Below, in pieces: positions 14,227-26,200 of a stretch of DNA of 64,000 bases. The position numbers were made by a program, and so were the translations under genes. Position 1 is the first letter of the stretch. The number at the start of each line of letters is the position of its first letter. The notes under the pieces were generated by a model. That model saw only the letters and a list, made by a program, of their open reading frames with translations, was not told where the DNA came from and searched no databases. This stretch comes from Azolla caroliniana (taxonomy: Eukaryota > Plantae > Polypodiophyta), in the NCBI GenBank assembly GCA_043228905.1, contig JBHGNT010000008.1, forward strand, positions 10,416,001-10,480,000. Reading direction: 5' to 3'.

Positions 14227-15159
14227 TGTTGGGAGATAGGTCCCTCCGGATGGGAAGAGAGAAGAACAGTGCCGATGAACAAACTCGGCTGAGGCCGATA
14301 GGCCAAGGCCGAAACCGGATGAGGAGTACCCGGCTACGGAGAGCCGGATGGTGCAGACCCGAGGAGAACCGGATGAGGAGTACCCGGCTACGGAGAGCCG
14401 GATGGTGCAGACCCGGTGAGAACCGGATGAGGAGTACCCAGCTACGGAGAGCCGGATGGTGCAGACCCGGTGAGAACCGGATGAGGAGTACCTGGCTACG
14501 GAGAGCCGGATGGTGCAGACCCGGTGAGAACCGGATGAGGAGTACCTGGTTATGGAGAGCCGAATGGTACAGACCCAGTGAGAACCGGATGAGGAGTACC
14601 CGGCTACGGAGAGCCGGATGGTACAGACCCTGTGAGAACCGGATGAGGAGTACCCGGCTACAGAGAGCCGGATGGTGCAGACCCGGTGAGAAGTGCTCAC
14701 TAGATGAAGAGAAATATTCGTAAATATGTTTCTGAGAGTCCATCATGGCTATATTTGTAAATAGCCGAAAAGTCATATTAGTATAAATATGACTTAGGGT
14801 AAACTTTTAGTAGTTGTTGTCATATTTTCTTGTTGGTGTAAGAAGAGAGTGTGTGTAACAGTGTATAGAGAGTGAGTGAGAGAGGAAGAGGTCGTTGCCT
14901 CTGTTGTAACCGCCGCCTGTGGCGAAGAACGTGAGCACGAGGTCGTTGCCTCCGTGAACTCACTGTTGTACATTCTAACATAATGATAGTTTGCAGCCTG
15001 TGGGCTGCCATGGTTTTTCCCTTAGTTTGGGTTTTCCATGTAAACATCCTGTGTACTCTTCTCTTCACTGTGTCGTGCATTTATTTCCCGTTTTCTGTAT
15101 ATGATTCTAAGCTCAGTTGTGGCCGAGCGTTGCGCATAAGGAACGACTAGTTACCGTCA
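14227..15159 (+). mobile_element. Solo LTR (copia, related to the 1976-7367 LTR family), TSD GCATC
   Basis: TG...CA ends; GCATC at 14222-14226 and 15160-15164; the host copia frame resumes after it. Confidence 0.9.
14313..14690. repeat. 54-bp tandem repeat x7 inside the solo LTR
   Basis: Unit GAACCGGATGAGGAGTACCCGGCTACGGAGAGCCGGATGGTGCAGACCCGGTGA. Confidence 0.9.
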
Positions 15160-15262
15160 GCATCTGACACTTCCGGTGAGCTATGACACAAGAGGTTGTG
15201 CCACATGAGCTAGAAGGGAACACAGAGACTTGTCGAGGACAACCTCATTCCGGAGGTGAAAG

Positions 15263-17195
15263 TGTTATTAGTTAGGAACACAGTCCACCCTCAGTCCTTC
15301 GGGGTATCTTACAAGGTGATTGTGGTGCAAGGGAATAGGGATGCGTAGTGCGTGATTGTAAGGCATAAGGGGGGGGGGGGGGGGGGGGGGCGATGGCTAC
15401 AACTGAACCTCTGTAGGAGCGTAGTAGCCAACGCGTACTTACCTTGTGTTTACTACAACATAGTCTTGTACAGAGAACGAGAAATGGAAACAAGAGACTA
15501 ATAGACAGAATACCAAGATCAGAGAAGATAAAACTATATTAAAACAACGCTCTTCCAATATGCTCGCCCTTTACAATGGTCTCTCACCCCTTATATACAC
15601 AAGGCTTCTAATCGGTTACGCTCCCTGCGCAAAACCATTACAACGCGTTACTTTAACACTCCTAATATAATACTCTATTTTCCATGCGTTATGTTCGACG
15701 GTTACAATTCCGACGGACAACACCTGGCACGCTTGTGGTATAGTGCCATGGCACGTTGAACCCATCCACTTCCTATTCGTCACCCAAAATGTCGAGGATG
15801 TTCGGCTCCATTCGTTCGTCATGCACCGGAGATGGCGTGATGTCTATAGGTGCTTCGTTGGTATGCTCGGTTGGTGTGTCGGTTTCCATGTTGTCCTCAT
15901 CACGTGGCTCTGTTCGTTGCTGTGAGCACTCCTTTGCCACGTTGAGACTAAGTCGTAATGATTGGCTATGGCTCACGGATTATCTCTAATGTAGTTGTAG
16001 GCTCCGTTGGGGCGGAAGTTTCGACTTGTGTGGCTGTATCTTTTACCAGTCCACGCCCATCCTTCCGATCTAGCCTACGACGCTTACGCCTTCGGCTTCC
16101 GTAGTTGTGTTTCGGTTCTTGCTCACCGTTGTTGTTGGTGCTTCGATAGTCTCTGCTGGTTGTTCTGGCAATGTTGGTTCCACGACGGGTGGGAAGACTG
16201 TGGTTCTTTGCATTCCGTGGTTGCCAATTCCGTTAGTCGCCATTTCGTTGCTCGTGGTGGGGGCGTAGGTTTGCTAGTTGGTGGGGCAGGGAGTTTGCGC
16301 GGTGGAAACAGTATCGTAAGGTACTGTTGAATGATTGGCCTTAGCTTTTTTCCGGCTTGGTATGCGTGTAGTCCCTCTTGTAGCGCCGGTCCCGTAATTA
16401 CTCCCCAATCTACTGCGTGACCTTCGAACGTGTCGATGATAATGCTTGCCTTCTATTTTGGCATCCCGTATGCGTTAACATGTACGCATCCGACTTCCAG
16501 CAGGAACTTTGCAGTCTCCTGAAACAATGGGTTCGGGATTTCCTTTGTTTTGTACGCCTTGGCAGATGTCAAATATTCCCCAAAATACTGCTCCAGTTCG
16601 TCGAATGGAGGAATTTCGAAGTGCTTCTCGCTCATTGTAGATAGACACAACTTCTTCTAGATACTAGCATTTGTCACCGTGTCGATGTTGAGGTTCCTGG
16701 CGATGTCTTGGGCATCGGGGTGCAGTGGCGCTTCTGCTACCTGGATGTACCCCTCAAACCCCTCTTCCAGGAGCCATCTGTGCAAAGATACCGAGATGGT
16801 AATCGACATTGTGGGTGGACAAGGTTCGTGCGGAGAGTACTGAATGGGTGAAGGACGTGAGTTGCGCTGTGCGTGGTGCCTGTGGTATGCAGGAGAGCAT
16901 GGAGAGCAAGGGGCACGAGGAGAGTTAGGAGAGCAGAAGGCTGGAGGATGTTTTCTGTAATGTGCAGAAAACCTTTTTTTTCCTTCTTTTTGTGCCTTAG
17001 GGTTCATAGCTCTGTGAGACATCGTGGCGACGCGTGTTCTTGGTTTTGGGACTTGTGCATGCATAAAGTCCTTTTAATAGTCATGAATATCTTCTCTTAT
17101 TTATTTATTATTATTATTATTTATCAACGGTAAAGTACAACATTACTGTTACATTTTGTTACCAGTAGGTCTGGGCTACTGGTTACTGTGGGATC
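15263..17195 (-). mobile_element. Probable 3' end of a Ty3/gypsy element: LTR ~15263-15722 plus a degenerate extra ORF (~15773-16810)
   Basis: TGTTA...ACA ends; the first ~60 bp resemble 46470 onward. Minus-strand broken ORF (HRWLLEEGFEGYIQ...LEQYFGEY...VDWGVITG) has no gag/pol motifs. Confidence 0.5.
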
Positions 17196-18006
17196 TGTTG
17201 AGAATCAAGCTCAACTTGGTCTAGTGTGTGAACTCACCTTGAGAGTGAAGAGACACTCCAACGGTCAAGAGTCACCATTATGTCACCACTTTGTATTCTA
17301 GCATTTAGTATGAGTCATAGAATCATATTCTATGACACATAACTTATGAGCTTTCACATTCCCCATGCTCCATGAGGCTTGTAGTTAATGAAGAGAGAGG
17401 GTGACTACATAAAGCATCCTCCTCCCACCTTGTATAATGTTGAGTCTTTCTCCTTTGTCAATATACTTTTACCTTGTTGCGTATTTTTTGTGTTTCACTC
17501 ACTCTCTCTCTCTCTCTTACACACACACATAACTCACATCTCTTCCGCTTCACAGGAATCCATCTCTTGATTCTTTACATGGTATCAGAGCGATTTGGTA
17601 GCTCAATCTAGCCCATTCGCCTCATCGTGATCGTGTGTTGTGCTCTACGCCGACGACCAAGAACCGGCTCATAACTATCGTAGCTTCGCTACATAGCTCG
17701 CATTCGAAGAGGGAAGAAGAAGAAGAAGAATCGACATAATGAATACTCAAATGGGGAGCGCTCTCCCTACCGAGAAGTTGGATCGAAACAACTTCGCATC
17801 TTGGGAGTACAAGATGCACCAATACCTTGTCGGACAAGGCTATTGGAGCTACCTCAAAGGAGCGCATGAAGACCGACCCGTCGAAGCGGCTCCCGGATAT
17901 GCGACATGGGAGCAAGCCACAAGCCGCGTGATGTATTGTTTGGCGACATGCGTTCACGACCACATGCTCGGTTACATTCGAGAAGCCAAGACACCGAAGG
18001 AAGCAT

Positions 18007-21000
18007 TGTCGTGACGATTTTCGGCTACGGTGTGAAACCGAGTGAGACGAATAAACCAAGGATGTGCAACATTGCACATACACTTAGCAAATAAGCCTCC
18101 TATGGCCTAGTGGCACTTGAGTTCATATAGAGGGGTGCAAGCAAGGTTTGAACCTTGCACCTCTAAGATACAAGATAATTGCCTTACCACTAGGACAACT
18201 ATCATATAGTGTAGATTTTATGTATTTCCTTTTCATATACAAATTATAGACGAAACAACCATAGAAAACCATGTGCACAAAACCATGGTTTGTGCATGAC
18301 ATAAGCAAAACCGTGTGCACAAAACCATGGTTTTAGCCCATGGTTATGTGCATGTCACGAGCATGGAAAGACCTATAAAAGCCTCTAGTTGGGCTTGTGA
18401 GAGGGGGGCTCAATATGTGATATCACCAACACCATTATCATCAATATAATTATATTTGTCTTTATCTTCTTCATTATTTTCTACTTCTCAAGTGTACAAG
18501 CTTTCTTCTTCTCAAGTGAACAAATTCCGTCTAATCTTACATTGATCGTCATCTCTTCGATAATTCCGCGAACATCCTCCCCAGTCCAAGACCCCGGTGG
18601 TCGCTCGAGTAGCACACGCACGCGCGAATCTTCGCGACATCATTTGGTGAACCCGACGTGAAGAGCAGCAGGGGAGGACGAAGATGGATGGCGAATATCT
18701 CATGGAGGCAATGTCAAGAAGGATGATGGAGTTTCTGAGAGAAGGGAAAAGAAGAAATGAAGCCCAACAAGCCGTCGACAAGGTAGTCGAACGAATGAGC
18801 TATTTCAACGGTGCCGAAGTCCAAAGTTTCCTAAAAGTCTACAATGCGGAGATGGATTCAAGAGGTGTGGACAAAGCTATGAGGCTAGAGTACTTTTGTC
18901 GGGTGGTGTCTCAACCGATCTTCAAAGATGTAAAAGAGCTTCTAGAAGCTCATGATTCGTGGGCGACTTTCGAGAAGGCTCTATTGGAGGAATATGGCTA
19001 TGAGAGACTGAAGGGACGAGATCGACGCAACTTTGACCAATGGGTGACATCAGCGAAGACCCACCAAGGTGCGACACAAGCATTCGTAGACTTCGAGCAT
19101 CATTTTTCTCAATTTTCGGAGCGGGAACAAAGATTGGTGGGGGTCGATAAGGTCCTTATGTTCGTGAAGTCAATCGATCGAATGGAAAGGATGGCGATCG
19201 GCCTCAAACTCGAAGAAGATGATGGTGCAAATGGCCTCATCGAGGATTGGAGCAAAGTGGAAAGTGTATGCCGACTACACGATAAGGGGCAAGCGAGAAT
19301 ATCGATGACAACAAGACGGCCCATGAGGGACGATCGAAGAGGGACGAGATGCAACAACGCACCACCAACAAAAGAAATGAAGCTTAAAAGGGAGACAAAA
19401 CCGAGGCGAATGGTGATCGAGGAAGAAGAGACCTCCCAACAAATGCGGGTTATTGAAGTGGCCGATACAAAGGCTCTGGTTCGGTATGACGGTACCGAGA
19501 GAGAATGTGTGAAACAAGTCACCTTCTTGTCTTACAAAGAAACGACGGCGAAGGAGGAGGCCGATGACTCGAGGACGGCGAACGCCACTTTGAGGGAGGA
19601 TAAATGTTTCGGAACACGCATTGTGTACGAAACATCGGGTGATGACGGCACAAGCATGAGAAAAGCTTGCATGATCGAGGGAGAAAAAGTGTTTGAGTCT
19701 GAAGAGATTGAGGAGGTAGCCATGACAAACGACATCGAGTCGGAGGTGGCTATGGACGAGTCGACAACGGATAGCCATGTCAAGACTTTCTCCACCATTG
19801 TTCCAGAGACTTCGGCGGTTGCGCCCGTGTGCCAACGTGAGACCGGAGAGACGGAAGGTGGTGACGGGAAGACGAAGGCCCAACACAAGGAGGAAGAAGA
19901 TCGAGGAAGAAAGGATATCCCCACACCTATTCTAGAGACTTCGGCGGTTGTGCACGTGCGCCAACGTGAGACCGGAGAGACGGAATTTGTGGACAAAAAA
20001 GAGGACGACCGGAAGGGCGATGAAGAAGACAAGGTAAATGTGCATGAGCGAAGGGATTCCTTCACACTAGTTCCGGAGACTTCGGCAGTCGAGACCGTGT
20101 GTCGACATAAGACCGAAGATAAAGGAGGTGGCGAAGAGGAGACAATATGGCTCGAGGCGAGCATACACGGAGGGAAGGATATGGCCGACGTGGAGGCCAA
20201 GGATGAAGCTGCGGTTGAGTTCGATGGAGAGGTTGCATGTGGGAAGGAAGGAAGAGTCGAGAACCGGTCGAACCGGAAGACGATCCGGCCGAGATTCCGG
20301 CCCGAACGAAGGAAGATCCACATGGGAGCCGATCGACCGGGGCCGACCCGGCTAAAACCTGATTCGGCAAAAATCGATCGGACGATTCCGATCCAAAAGG
20401 GGGCCGACCCAGCCAGAATCAATCGGTCGAGCCCGACTCGGGGAAATGTGAATGCAGACGAAGGCCAACCAAGCCAAGAAGCGATCGGTGGAGACCGATC
20501 CGGACAAGGGCAAACCCGGCCTAATCGGAGATCGACATGAACGATCTACAATACCCAGTTGAAGACGGTGAGCGTGAGGAGTGGCCAGGAGTCCAATCGA
20601 AGGACACGTGCGGTGGACGAAGGAAGAGCGGTCGTATCGACGACATCGTTCGGTAGATCTACTACAAACGATCGGGGAAGAAGGTGTGAGCGCCGGATAT
20701 GGTGGATCGGGTGGCTACGGTGGTTCGGTTGGAAAGATTGTGCATACTCGAAGTGGAAGACAAAGTCAGACGAGGTCGACGAGCGTGCAGAGGAACTCGG
20801 TTGATCACCGTTGCCAAAGATCTCACCTCTTCACCTTTCTCGGCACATACCGAAGGATGTGCGGGTTTGGTGGGGGTGGATGTCGTGACGATTTTCGGCT
20901 ACGGTGTGAAACCGAGTGAGACGAATAAACCAAGCATGTGCAACATTGCACATACACTTAGCAAATAAGCCTCCTATGGCCTAGTGGCACTTGAGTTCAT

Positions 21001-21513
21001 ATAGAGGGGTGCAAGCAAGGTTTGAACCTTGCACCTCTAAGATACAAGATAATTGCCTTACCACTAGGACAACTATCATATAGTGTAGATTTTATGTATT
21101 TCCTTTTCATATACAAATTATAGACGAAACAACCATAGAAAACCATGTGCACAAAACCATGGTTTGTGCATGACATAAGCAAAACCGTGTGCACAAAACC
21201 ATGGTTTTAGCCCATGGTTATGTGCATGTCACGAGCATGGAAAGACCTATAAAAGCCTCTAGTTGGGCTTGTGAGAGGGGGGCTCAATATGTGATATCAC
21301 CAACACCATTATCATCAATATAATTATATTTGTCTTTATCTTCTTCATTATTTTCTACTTCTCAAGTGTACAAGCTTTCTTCTTCTCAAGTGAACAAATT
21401 CCGTCTAATCTTACATTGATCGTCATCTCTTCGATAATTCCGCGAACATCCTCCCCAGTCCAAGACCCCGGTGGTCGCTCGAGTAGCACACGCACGCGCG
21501 AATCTTCGCGACA
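18007..21513 (+). mobile_element. Non-autonomous gag-only Ty3/gypsy-type element; LTRs 18007-18639 and 20881-21513; tRNA-Trp PBS
   Basis: 633-bp LTRs nearly identical; PBS TGGTGAACCCGACGTGA at 18645; purine-rich tract before 20881; 4-bp TSD GCAT/GCGT; the host gag frame PKEA|WENLRK is restored on removal. Confidence 0.9.
18684..20540 (+). CDS. Gag-like protein (618 aa) with long acidic/low-complexity C-terminus
   Basis: N-terminus (FNGAEVQSFLKVYNAEM...DKVLMFVKSID) aligns by eye with the gag at 31242 (FNGKDVPRYLWDYKAEM...NKVIMFLRAVD). No protease or RT motifs. Confidence 0.75.
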   Translation: MDGEYLMEAMSRRMMEFLREGKRRNEAQQAVDKVVERMSYFNGAEVQSFLKVYNAEMDSRGVDKAMRLEYFCRVVSQPIFKDVKELLEAHDSWATFEKALLEEYGYERLKGRDRRNFDQWVTSAKTHQGATQAFVDFEHHFSQFSEREQRLVGVDKVLMFVKSIDRMERMAIGLKLEEDDGANGLIEDWSKVESVCRLHDKGQARISMTTRRPMRDDRRGTRCNNAPPTKEMKLKRETKPRRMVIEEEETSQQMRVIEVADTKALVRYDGTERECVKQVTFLSYKETTAKEEADDSRTANATLREDKCFGTRIVYETSGDDGTSMRKACMIEGEKVFESEEIEEVAMTNDIESEVAMDESTTDSHVKTFSTIVPETSAVAPVCQRETGETEGGDGKTKAQHKEEEDRGRKDIPTPILETSAVVHVRQRETGETEFVDKKEDDRKGDEEDKVNVHERRDSFTLVPETSAVETVCRHKTEDKGGGEEETIWLEASIHGGKDMADVEAKDEAAVEFDGEVACGKEGRVENRSNRKTIRPRFRPERRKIHMGADRPGPTRLKPDSAKIDRTIPIQKGADPARINRSSPTRGNVNADEGQPSQEAIGGDRSGQGQTRPNRRST

Positions 21514-23680
21514 GCGTGGGAAAATCTACGAAAGATTTTCGCCGCCAACACGACCGGGAGGAAGCTTCAACTCCGCCAAGAGTTGAACAACATTCAACAA
21601 AGGGACATGTCCATCACGACATACACCTTGAAGATCAAGGAGCTTTGTGACTTGCTCAGCTCAATAAGCATAAGTATAGATGATGATGAGATAGTGCAAA
21701 TATACCTCGGCGGCCTCGCACCACGGTTCGGTGCGATGCGAACCGTCGTTCTAGCACGGGAGAAATCTCCCTCCTTCTTCGAGCTCCAATCAATGCTATT
21801 GGTCGAAGAAAACCACGTGCATACAAGGAGCAATGAATCGGAAGGCCACATGCTCTACACTTACTCTAATGGAGGAAGAGGACACGGACGAGCGAGAGGC
21901 TGATTCGGCCAAGGACAATGCGGACGAGGTCCGACCTACGACAAAAACTCCCAATTTCGGCCGCAAAACGGAGGCCAACGAGGAACCTTCCCAAGAAGGG
22001 GGAGCTTCCAATCTGGCCCGAGCCATCAAAACACAAATGAATGTGGATATTGCGGAAAGCTCGGCCACCACGAAGAAGAGTGCCGAAAGAAGATGCGTGA
22101 ATCAGCTTCCACAAGCCGACAACTCATGAATTACGCACACAACTCCGACTACGAAGATCGTGGCAGAATGTATGCACACAACTCCGACCATGGCGAAATG
22201 TACGGGCACAACTCCGACTACGAAGATCGTGGCGGAATGTATGCGCACAACTCCGATCGTGGCAGAATGTTCATGATGAAACATAGAGCAAACTCTATGT
22301 CGGCCGCTACCTCAACTAGTGCCTCCGGTCCGGAAGACGTATGGTTCGTCGATTCCGGTGCCTCGAACCATATGACATCGCATGAAGAATGGTTCCGTGA
22401 ACTTCGAGAGCCGGACCGACCTGGCTATGTCGAAACCAAAGACAACACTACGCACCCGATTCGTCACATTGGCAATGTTCCGTTCGGAAAAGAAGGTAAG
22501 CAAAATTACATTAAAAATGTCTTGCATGTACCGACCATTACGAAGAATTTGGTCTCCGCCGGGCAAATTGTAGAGCAAGGGATGCAAGTTCGATTTAATC
22601 AAGGCGGTTGCTTCATCGAAAAAGAGGGCCGACTTATCGCACGTGGAAGAAGAGAGGGCCGGATGTTCATTCTCGATTCACGCGAGATGAAATCTGCCAT
22701 GTTCGCGAAAAACACGAAAACCGACTCCGACATAGAGCTATGGCACAAGCGAATCAGCCACATCAATCTCAACAAACTCAAAGCAATGAAATCGAAAGGA
22801 GTCGTCATCGGAATCCCGACATTCAAAGAGAAGGAGATTGAAGGTGTATGCGAAGCGTGCCAATTCGGCAAGCAACACCGACACCCATTCCCGAAAGAGC
22901 GGAATGTGAGCAAAGGTCTACTCGACGTAGTCCATTCCGACGTATGGGGATCGGCACAGACGACTACATTTGGTGGATGCCGATATTACGTGCTCTTCAT
23001 CGACAACTTCTCTAGGCACACTTGGATCTACCCGATGCGGCAAAAGAGCGAAGTGTTCGGCCACTTCCAAAATTTCAAGAATGAAGTCGAGAAAGCCACG
23101 CGCTCACATGTACGATGCCTTCGATCGAATGGCGGCAAGGAGTACTTCTCGGACAATTTCACGGCGTATCTCCGAAAGGAAGGAATTCAGCGAGAATTCG
23201 CAACAAAACGGAGTAGCCAAACGCAAAAATCGGCACATCCTTGAAGTAGCGCGGGCCATGATGAACGAGAAGCATATGCCCAAGTCATATTGGGCCGAAG
23301 CTGCAAATACAGCTATCTACCTAATGAACCAATGCACAACATCCGGCGTGCACGAGGTCACTCCGCACGAAAAATACTTTGGAAAGAAGCCAGACTTATC
23401 GCACACCCGGATATTCGGCACAATAACGTACGTGCACATCCCCGACGAGAAGCGTCAAAAGCTTGATCCGAAGTCGGAGAAATGTATCCTCGTAGGATAC
23501 TCACTGGAATAAAAGGGGTACAAGTGCTACAACCCCTCAACTCGAAAATCTTGAGTAAGTCGAGACGTCGTTTTTGACAAGTCTGCATCCTGGTATGCAC
23601 CAGAGACAACTCCGACTCCGTCTCCGCTCGACCAGGAATCCGCCAAACAAGAGATAGAGGATGAGGATCGCCTTACGCAC

Positions 23681-25405
23681 ATGTTCGAAGAGAGTCTGAT
23701 CATGACCCGACTGAGCGGACCACAAGAGCCTTTGAGCGATCAAAGCACATCACGGCCTAGCCCGAAGATGGACAAGGGTAAGGCGAAAATGGCGGAATAT
23801 GCAGATGATCGTTTCGACGACGATGAGTCAACTCACTCACTCGATAGTGAGTTCGGCGGCTTCAATGTACCAATTGGAGCTAAGAAAGCCCTCATCTCAG
23901 CAAATGAAAAGCTCCGTCGCTCCACCCATGAAAAGAACCCTGTAAGCCGATTCGGCTACAACGATTATATGGCGTACCATTATGCCTTTATGATGAAGGT
24001 AGCGACAGTACGGGAGCCGGAAACCTTTTCGGAAGCCGCGAAGGACCCGCGATGGATCGAAGCAATGAACGAGGAGATGCAGGCACTATGGAAGAACGAG
24101 ACGTGGGATCTCGTTTCCACCTCACCACACAAAAAGGCGATCGGATGCCGATGGATCTACAAGGTGAAGTATAACGTCGATGGCTCTGTAAACCGCTACA
24201 AAGCTCGACTCGTAGCGAAAGGATACGCTCAGACACATGGCGTCGACTACGAAGAGACCTTTGCCCCGGTGGCAAAGATGACGACAGTGTGGACCGTAAT
24301 TACGATTGCTGCGGCGAAAGGGTGGCATCTCCATCAAATGGACGTCAAGAACGCCTTTCTACAAGGCGAATTAGAAGAGGAGGTGTACATGATCCAACCA
24401 CCCGGCTTCAACTCGAGCACTCATCCAAACGCCGTATGCCGACTCAAGAAGCCACTCTACAGCCTCAAGCAAGCACCGCGTGCTTGGCATTCAAAGATAA
24501 CGCAATATCTTCATCAAATTGGCTTCCGTATGTCAAAATCGGACAACTCCCTCTACATACGAAGCGATTCTGCAAGTCAAATCGTCATCATCTTATATGT
24601 GGATGACCTAGTCATTGGAGGTGAACATCTCGTCGAAATCACTAAGGTCAAATCCCTCCTTTCCGACAAGTTCGAGATGACGGACATGAAGGAGCTCCAC
24701 TACTTCCTCGGCATCGAGGTAATTCAGACTCCGGCCGGAATCATGATCTCTCAACGGCACTACATCCTCAACTTGTTATACAAGTTCGGGATGGCTGAGT
24801 GCAAATCCATGGCAACCCTGCTCGATCGTAATCTCAAACTAGATGCAAACTCCGGCACCAAAGCGTGTGAGCCGATTCAGTATCGGCAACTCATCGGGAG
24901 TCTCATCTACCTCACGATCACACGACCCGATCTCAATTATCCGGTCGGTCTCCTTAGCCAATTCATGCAAACACCGCGTGATACTCACTTGGATTGCGCT
25001 AAGCGAGTTCTACGATACATGAGCGGCACAATGGATTGCGGCATCCTCTACAAGACCGCAATGCCAATACGACTCGAGGGGTACACAGACGCCGATTGGG
25101 CCGGCTACAAAGCTGATAGAAGATCAACCTTCGGATTTGTTTTCTCCCTCGGCAGCGGAGCAATATCCTGGAGTAGCAAGAAGCAACCCACTGTTGCTCT
25201 TTCGAGTACGGAGGCGGAATACAGGGGCGCAGCCGTAGCTGCGTGTGAAGCCGTATGGCTCAAGAGGATTTTGAAGGATCTGGGCGTACCCATCAAGGAT
25301 CCGACTTCCCTTTACTGCGACAACATGAGCAGTATCTATCTGGCTCGGAACCCGGTGTTCCACGCACGGACAAAGCACATCGAAGTGCACTATCACTTCA
25401 TCTGA
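23681..25405 (+). CDS. copia reverse transcriptase-RNase H portion of pol (remnant ORF)
   Basis: YKARLVAKGY, QMDVKNAFLQG, YVDDL, YTDADWAG, SSTEAEY, RTKHIEVHYHF. Confidence 0.9.
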   Translation: MFEESLIMTRLSGPQEPLSDQSTSRPSPKMDKGKAKMAEYADDRFDDDESTHSLDSEFGGFNVPIGAKKALISANEKLRRSTHEKNPVSRFGYNDYMAYHYAFMMKVATVREPETFSEAAKDPRWIEAMNEEMQALWKNETWDLVSTSPHKKAIGCRWIYKVKYNVDGSVNRYKARLVAKGYAQTHGVDYEETFAPVAKMTTVWTVITIAAAKGWHLHQMDVKNAFLQGELEEEVYMIQPPGFNSSTHPNAVCRLKKPLYSLKQAPRAWHSKITQYLHQIGFRMSKSDNSLYIRSDSASQIVIILYVDDLVIGGEHLVEITKVKSLLSDKFEMTDMKELHYFLGIEVIQTPAGIMISQRHYILNLLYKFGMAECKSMATLLDRNLKLDANSGTKACEPIQYRQLIGSLIYLTITRPDLNYPVGLLSQFMQTPRDTHLDCAKRVLRYMSGTMDCGILYKTAMPIRLEGYTDADWAGYKADRRSTFGFVFSLGSGAISWSSKKQPTVALSSTEAEYRGAAVAACEAVWLKRILKDLGVPIKDPTSLYCDNMSSIYLARNPVFHARTKHIEVHYHFI

Positions 25406-26200
25406 GAGTGCGTTCTGGCTTGCGATGTCGACCTACAACACATTAGCACCAATCTTCAAACGGCCGACATCTTCACTAAAGCCTTAGGAGCCGACAAGCT
25501 ATAGCAATTCATGACCGATCTCAGATTGACGATCCCTGACCTGACAAGCTTGAGGGGGAGTACTGAAGACACTATGCAATAACACGTGGATTCCGCAACC
25601 ACGCAACGAAGCAGTGAAGAGTCGATCTACCGCGCAAAGTCGTGAAGAAAGACGCAAGCCGAAGCACAGACTTCGCACAACGCAAGCTGGAACACGGATT
25701 CCGCAACTCCGCATAAAGTGAGTCGACGCGAGTCGACGCGGACTCCGGAACGCGAGTTGAAGCGGATTTCGGATACTGTATGAAACCGACCCGACTTGAG
25801 CTTGAGGGGGCGTGTTGAGAATCAAGCTCAACTTGGTCTAGTGTGTGAACTCACCTCGAGAGTGAAGAGACACTCCAACGGTCAAGAGTCACCATTATGT
25901 CACCACTTTGTATTCTAGCATTTAGTATGAGTCATAGAATCATATTCTATGACACATAACTTATGAGCTTTCACATTCCCCATGTCCATGAGGCTTGTAG
26001 TTAATGAAGAGAGAGGGTGACTACATAAAGCACCCTCCTCCCACCTTGTATAATGTTGAGTCTTTCTCCTTTGTCAATATACTTTTACCTTGCGTATTCT
26101 CTGTGTTTCACTCACTCACTCTCTCTCTCTCTCTCTCTTACACACACACATAACTCACATCTCTTCCGCTTCACAAGAATCCATCTCTTGATTCTTTACA

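Larger units (their letters stand above)
1966..15262 (+). mobile_element. Fragmented Ty1/copia element (pieces 1966-1975, 7373-9100, 14211-14226, 15165-15262) split by three younger insertions
   Basis: LTR start TGTTGGGAAT resumes at 7373 and ends ~7856. Degenerate PBS, gag MEDPLSGMFKLTGSNY and protease WVVDYGAS follow. The reading frame EVNVAS|DTSGEL*HKRLCHMS continues across the insertions. Confidence 0.75.
17196..26200 (+). mobile_element. Ty1/copia retrotransposon; LTRs 17196-17579 and 25813-26200; carries a nested insertion at 18007-21513; flanks do not form a TSD
   Basis: Near-identical LTRs; PBS TGGTATCAGAGC at 17580; PPT TGAGGGGGCG; gag KLDRNNFASWEYKM, WFVDSGAS protease, VHSDVWG integrase, YVDDL RT, SSTEAEY RNase H. 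Confidence 0.93.

Noticed and set aside
14098-14776. Repetitive 168-215 aa ORFs
   Set aside because: Artefacts of a stop-free 54-bp tandem repeat inside a solo LTR.
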